Part shown: positions 59,895 through 64,000 of the stretch, in pieces | Numbering within the stretch: position 1 is the stretch's first letter | Layout: every line of letters begins with the position of its first letter | Source of the DNA: Candidatus Pacearchaeota archaeon | Lineage (GTDB): Archaea > Nanobdellota > Nanobdellia > Pacearchaeales > GW2011-AR1 | Direction: 5' to 3' | DNA: 64,000 nt | Assembly (NCBI GenBank): GCA_041649295.1 | Contig: JBAZNI010000001.1 | Span: forward strand, 76,720-140,719 | Program-made: the position numbers and the translations under genes | Notes under the pieces: model-generated | The model's database searches: none | Told to the model about the DNA's origin: nothing | What the model saw: the letters and a program-made list of their open reading frames with translations, nothing else

Positions 59895-62516
59895 ATGAAT
59901 AAAAAGAAGAGGAGAGCATTAATTTATTTAGTTTGTTCTGTAATTATTATTTTAACTTTGGCATATATGGTTCTTTCTGGAGGATTTCATAAAAAATCAG
60001 GTGTGCAGTTTAGTGAAGGGGATTTAATTACAATTGAAAATGAAAATATTTCACTGACTATTGATATGGATAAGATGGGGGCAATTGTAAGCATTAAAGA
60101 TAAGGTTAGCAGAAGGGAATTTATTTCTTCAGGTTCAGATTCTTATCTTTACATGATAACTCAAAAAACTGCGATTACTGGAAAAGGGATATTCAAATTT
60201 ATTTCAAGCCAAAATTCCTCTTGTTTTGATTATTATACTGAAGAGGACAGCAAAAAAATAACTTTAACAATAAATACCTGCCACCCAGATGAGGGGCTTG
60301 ATGTTACTTCAATAATTTCTATCAATAAAAAAGACAGCAGTTTAAACTTTCATATTGAAGTTGCAAACTCTGGAGAACAAATAATTCAGTCAGTTGAATA
60401 TCCGATTATTGATTTAACTCCAAAATTAGGTGATGATTCTTCAGACGATTATTTTATCTACCCTTATAAAGATGGAGCAATCATAAACGATATTTATAAT
60501 CTTCCCAATAAAAAGTATGTCCAGTCCCACCCCGGACAGTTGTCAATGCAGTTTCTTGCATTTTATGATAAATCAAATCAGCCAGGACTATATATTCAGA
60601 GTGAAGATATCAATGGCAATTACAAGAGAGTCAGTTTTATGAGGGAGAATAAAGACAGCGAAGATTTTTTAAGAGTTTCATATAAAAATTTTATATCTGA
60701 AAATTATGGAAATGATTTCGCTTTGGATTATAATATTAAATTAAAAACCTTTTATGGAGACTGGTATGATGCTGCGGATATTTATAAAAAATGGGCATTA
60801 AAACAATGGTGGGCTGAAAAAACAATATGGGAAAGGGACGATATTCCTCAATGGTTATTCGACGCAACTATCGCCCATAATGGAAATCGCCCATTTGCAA
60901 CAGAAAACTTTTTTGATATAAATAATGAAATTTTAAAAACATGGTATCTTGATGATTCAATTCCTTTTGATGTTGATTTTAAAGGGGCGTTATTTAGTGT
61001 TGGCGGGCTTTGGGGAAGGCCAAACACCTTATGGTCTGGAGGAAATTATTTTTATCCGTTTAAAGGGGATATACCTATTGAACCTGTTGAAGAAGACAAA
61101 TTATATGCCCAAATTAATTTATTAAACAGCATAAATGTGCATACTTCTCTTTGGCTAAGTGCTACCAGATTTGATTTATGGGAAACTGAATCAGAGATAA
61201 ATCCAGGAGGAGTATGTGATTGGGACACTTCAACTTTAGTATTTAATGATACAGAGGATTTTAATGCAATTAATGGAGATGATTATGTTATAATAAAAGA
61301 ATCAGGGGAAAAAGATTTTAAACAAATTCCGTTTATGCTGGATAAATGCCGTAAAGGCGACTCTGCGATAATTGGTGTTGGCTCAAAAAAAGACAATTTA
61401 ATTGATTTTATGCTTGATGACAACATTTTAAGAGGAATAAAAAGAGGAGCTTCGCTTATGTCTCTTGACCAGATTATAGGGGGGTGGATAGATGCAGATT
61501 TTAATGAAAAGTATATTAATAATCGGGGTGTAGGATATGGAATTTATATGCATAATAGATTTATTGAAATATTAGACGGACTAAACTCTGTGATAAATGA
61601 TGAAGGAAAAAAAGGAGAATTTGGAATAGGTATGGAAGCCACCAACGAGTATTATATTCCTTATGTTCAGTCAGTTTTATTAAGGCCAGTAAGCACTCTT
61701 GGGGTAATTGGCAATTCTACTGGAATGACACTTTCAAAAATTCCTCTGTTCAGTTATATTTATAATGACAGATTTATTTCCTATGACAGCACTTTAGATA
61801 GTTATAATGTACAGTTTGATTCAATTACTCTTTATGATGCTTCTGTATGTGCTGTTAATGGGGGAATACCCTCTGTAAGAATAGCTGACAATGTTGATAT
61901 GCAATATCCTGTTACAGAGAATGTCATATTTTTAAGAAAACTTATATCAAATATAGGAACAGAATACCGGGGTGCAGAGATCCTTAATCCCCCCGAAATC
62001 TATGGAATTCCCAGAGATATAGAAACAGTCTGGAAAAAATTTGGGGGAAATTATTTTTACAATCCAGTTGTTTTTAGAGTTCTGAAAAAACACGACAATA
62101 CAATAAGTTACATATTCATAAATACAGATGACAGAACAGATTCACTAAGTTTGTCTTTTAATCTTGAAAATTATTATGCAGATTATAACCTTTTTGATGT
62201 TTACAAAAAAACATGCGGAAAAACAGACTGCCAGAAGGAGCAGATTATTGAAAACTCAACTATTGAAAACAAGAAGATAGAATTTGCAATGGAATTCAGT
62301 GATTTGGTTATTTTTGACATTATCCCAAAAGGGGTGGTTAACCCAAATTTTTCAAATTCAACAGGAAATAAAACTGCTAACCCCATTACTCATATAATAG
62401 ATGGAGCTTCATCAAGAGTAGGAGCAATATGGGTTATGCTGATTATTTTAGTTTCTTTTATTGGAATTTGTGTTAGTATCGTATTAATCAGATACTTAAA
62501 AAATAAAAACATTTAA
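59895..62516 (+). CDS. Large membrane-anchored glycoside-hydrolase-like protein (DUF6259-like)
   Basis: N- and C-terminal TM; YP..DG, SMQF.A.Y, GDWYDAADIYKKW, DQ, E...E.YIP. Confidence 0.6.
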   Translation: MNKKKRRALIYLVCSVIIILTLAYMVLSGGFHKKSGVQFSEGDLITIENENISLTIDMDKMGAIVSIKDKVSRREFISSGSDSYLYMITQKTAITGKGIFKFISSQNSSCFDYYTEEDSKKITLTINTCHPDEGLDVTSIISINKKDSSLNFHIEVANSGEQIIQSVEYPIIDLTPKLGDDSSDDYFIYPYKDGAIINDIYNLPNKKYVQSHPGQLSMQFLAFYDKSNQPGLYIQSEDINGNYKRVSFMRENKDSEDFLRVSYKNFISENYGNDFALDYNIKLKTFYGDWYDAADIYKKWALKQWWAEKTIWERDDIPQWLFDATIAHNGNRPFATENFFDINNEILKTWYLDDSIPFDVDFKGALFSVGGLWGRPNTLWSGGNYFYPFKGDIPIEPVEEDKLYAQINLLNSINVHTSLWLSATRFDLWETESEINPGGVCDWDTSTLVFNDTEDFNAINGDDYVIIKESGEKDFKQIPFMLDKCRKGDSAIIGVGSKKDNLIDFMLDDNILRGIKRGASLMSLDQIIGGWIDADFNEKYINNRGVGYGIYMHNRFIEILDGLNSVINDEGKKGEFGIGMEATNEYYIPYVQSVLLRPVSTLGVIGNSTGMTLSKIPLFSYIYNDRFISYDSTLDSYNVQFDSITLYDASVCAVNGGIPSVRIADNVDMQYPVTENVIFLRKLISNIGTEYRGAEILNPPEIYGIPRDIETVWKKFGGNYFYNPVVFRVLKKHDNTISYIFINTDDRTDSLSLSFNLENYYADYNLFDVYKKTCGKTDCQKEQIIENSTIENKKIEFAMEFSDLVIFDIIPKGVVNPNFSNSTGNKTANPITHIIDGASSRVGAIWVMLIILVSFIGICVSIVLIRYLKNKNI

Positions 62517-62540
62517 ATCTGTAAGTTTCTATCAATATGT

Positions 62541-63068
62541 ATGGTCAGGCATGACATTGTGTCAGCTTTAAAAAACTCTGTTGAAAGAGGCGAAGATTTG
62601 GAAAGAGCAAAGCAAGTTTTGATTAGTTCTGGGTATAGCGTGCGGGATGTTAATGAAGCAGCAAATTATTTGACAGGAGGATTAGCAGGGGAGATAAAAG
62701 TTCAGCAGAAGCAGGCTACTTATCAACAAATTATTCCGCAAAAAGCACCAAACTTTTCACCACCCAATATATACAAATCAGATTCAGAAACGCAAAATTA
62801 TGAATCTTCTAGACAAGGTCAGCAAATTCCACAGTTAATATCCCAAAAGGCAGCCCCCCAACAACAAAAAATTCAAGCTCTTCCATTTGTAGAATCGCAG
62901 CATCTCCCAAGAATGCCCGAAGTTGAATATAAAGTTAAAAAAGATAATAAGAAGCTGTTTGTTATTGCACTCTTAATTATATTCCTTGTCTTACTTATAA
63001 CTTCTCTTGTTCTCGTTATTCTCTTTAAAGAAGATGTAATTGCATTTATTCAAGGGTTATTGGGATAA
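62541..63068 (+). CDS. Hypothetical protein, Q/P-rich linker, C-terminal TM
   Basis: 175 aa ORF. Confidence 0.7.
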   Translation: MVRHDIVSALKNSVERGEDLERAKQVLISSGYSVRDVNEAANYLTGGLAGEIKVQQKQATYQQIIPQKAPNFSPPNIYKSDSETQNYESSRQGQQIPQLISQKAAPQQQKIQALPFVESQHLPRMPEVEYKVKKDNKKLFVIALLIIFLVLLITSLVLVILFKEDVIAFIQGLLG

Positions 63069-63346
63069 AACAACAGGGCAACTATACTACCGCTCGCCAC
63101 GCTCGCTTTACCTTAATGTATAAAAAATTCATTCTTCTGTATTTATTAATTTAACTGACTAAGATGCCGATAACAGATTTTCTTTATCCTAAAAAAATCC
63201 ACACTATTTATGGCGCGGTTGCTTATGCGAGTCTTTTGGGAATCTAAAATCAAATGCTGAACAAATCACATATTTTAGTGTATCGTGACACATAGATTTT
63301 TGACCATTAACCCAATATTTAAAAAATCTCAAGTATATCAGAATAT

Positions 63347-63880
63347 ATGGAAATATATTCTCCTGCAGAAGATTCTTATTTGCTGGCAGAAGCGCTAAAA
63401 GAATTTTTAAAAAATAAAAAAAAAGCAGAAAAAAATAAAATAAAAATTTTGGATTTGGGAACAGGCTCAGGAATTCAATCAAAAAATTGTATAGAGAATG
63501 GAATAAAAAAAGAAAATATAACTGCAGCAGACATAAATAAAGAAGCTTTAGAAAATGCAAAGAAGTTAAAAATTAAAGTAATATATTCAAACTTATTCTC
63601 TAAAATAAAAGGCAAATTTGATTTAATTATTTTTAATCCTCCTTATCTGCCAGAAGACAAATATGACATCCAGCCAGATACAACTGGAGGAAAATATGGC
63701 AGTGAAATAATAAATGAGTTTCTAAAACAAGCAAGTTTTCATTTAACAAAATCAGGCAAAATCTTCCTTCTTACCTCTTCACTGACAAAAAGAATTAACT
63801 GGTTAAATTACAAAAAGAAAAAGGTTGCTGAAGAGAAATTATTCTTTGAAACCCTTTGGGTTTGGAAGTTGCATATCTAA
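63347..63880 (+). CDS. HemK2/PrmC-family methyltransferase
   Basis: Y.PAEDS.LL, LDLGTGSG, FNPPY. Confidence 0.92.
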   Translation: MEIYSPAEDSYLLAEALKEFLKNKKKAEKNKIKILDLGTGSGIQSKNCIENGIKKENITAADINKEALENAKKLKIKVIYSNLFSKIKGKFDLIIFNPPYLPEDKYDIQPDTTGGKYGSEIINEFLKQASFHLTKSGKIFLLTSSLTKRINWLNYKKKKVAEEKLFFETLWVWKLHI

Positions 63881-63921
63881 TAACCAAAACATTTATAAGC
63901 TATAGATAGTTATAGTAATCT

Positions 63922-64000
63922 ATGGCGACAACAATACAAATTGACGAAAAAGTAAAGGACAAATTAGATAAATTAAAAGTTCACCATAGAGAGTCTTATA
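63922..64000 (+). CDS. RHH/antitoxin-like protein, partial
   Basis: MATTIQIDEKVKDKLDKLKVHHRESY... truncated by window end. Confidence 0.6.
   Translation, partial: MATTIQIDEKVKDKLDKLKVHHRESY

Noticed and set aside
63069..63300. CGCTCGCCACGCTCGC-containing intergenic region as ncRNA
   Set aside because: No recognisable family motif or convincing fold by eye.

Overview
AT-rich archaeal chromosome segment, most consistent with a DPANN archaeon (Pacearchaeota/Woesearchaeota-like; inferred from gene content and divergent rRNAs, not from a database search). Core genes include class II LysRS, RadB, Hjc, type IA topoisomerase, TFS, CDC48, a P-type ATPase, rps2/enolase/rpoK, the exosome-SBDS-proteasome-Pop5 cluster and RNase J. 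RNA genes: 16S and 23S rRNA, RNase P RNA and four tRNAs. Most notable: (1) a diversity-generating retroelement (DGR) VR/TR pair (84 bp, 18 mismatches, all at TR adenines) with no reverse transcriptase or Avd in the window, plus two more DGR-type target genes 35 kb away that share the GAA-loop hairpin and are followed by a related non-coding motif; (2) a 3.2-kb IS6-like transposon with a 9-bp target duplication carrying an intron-containing tRNA(GTT); (3) two group I introns in the 23S gene, one apparently ending in A instead of G and one encoding a PD-(D/E)xK nuclease; (4) arrays of tRNA 3'-end copies interleaved with double-hairpin modules and orphan ORFs at tRNA-Ala and tRNA-Lys.
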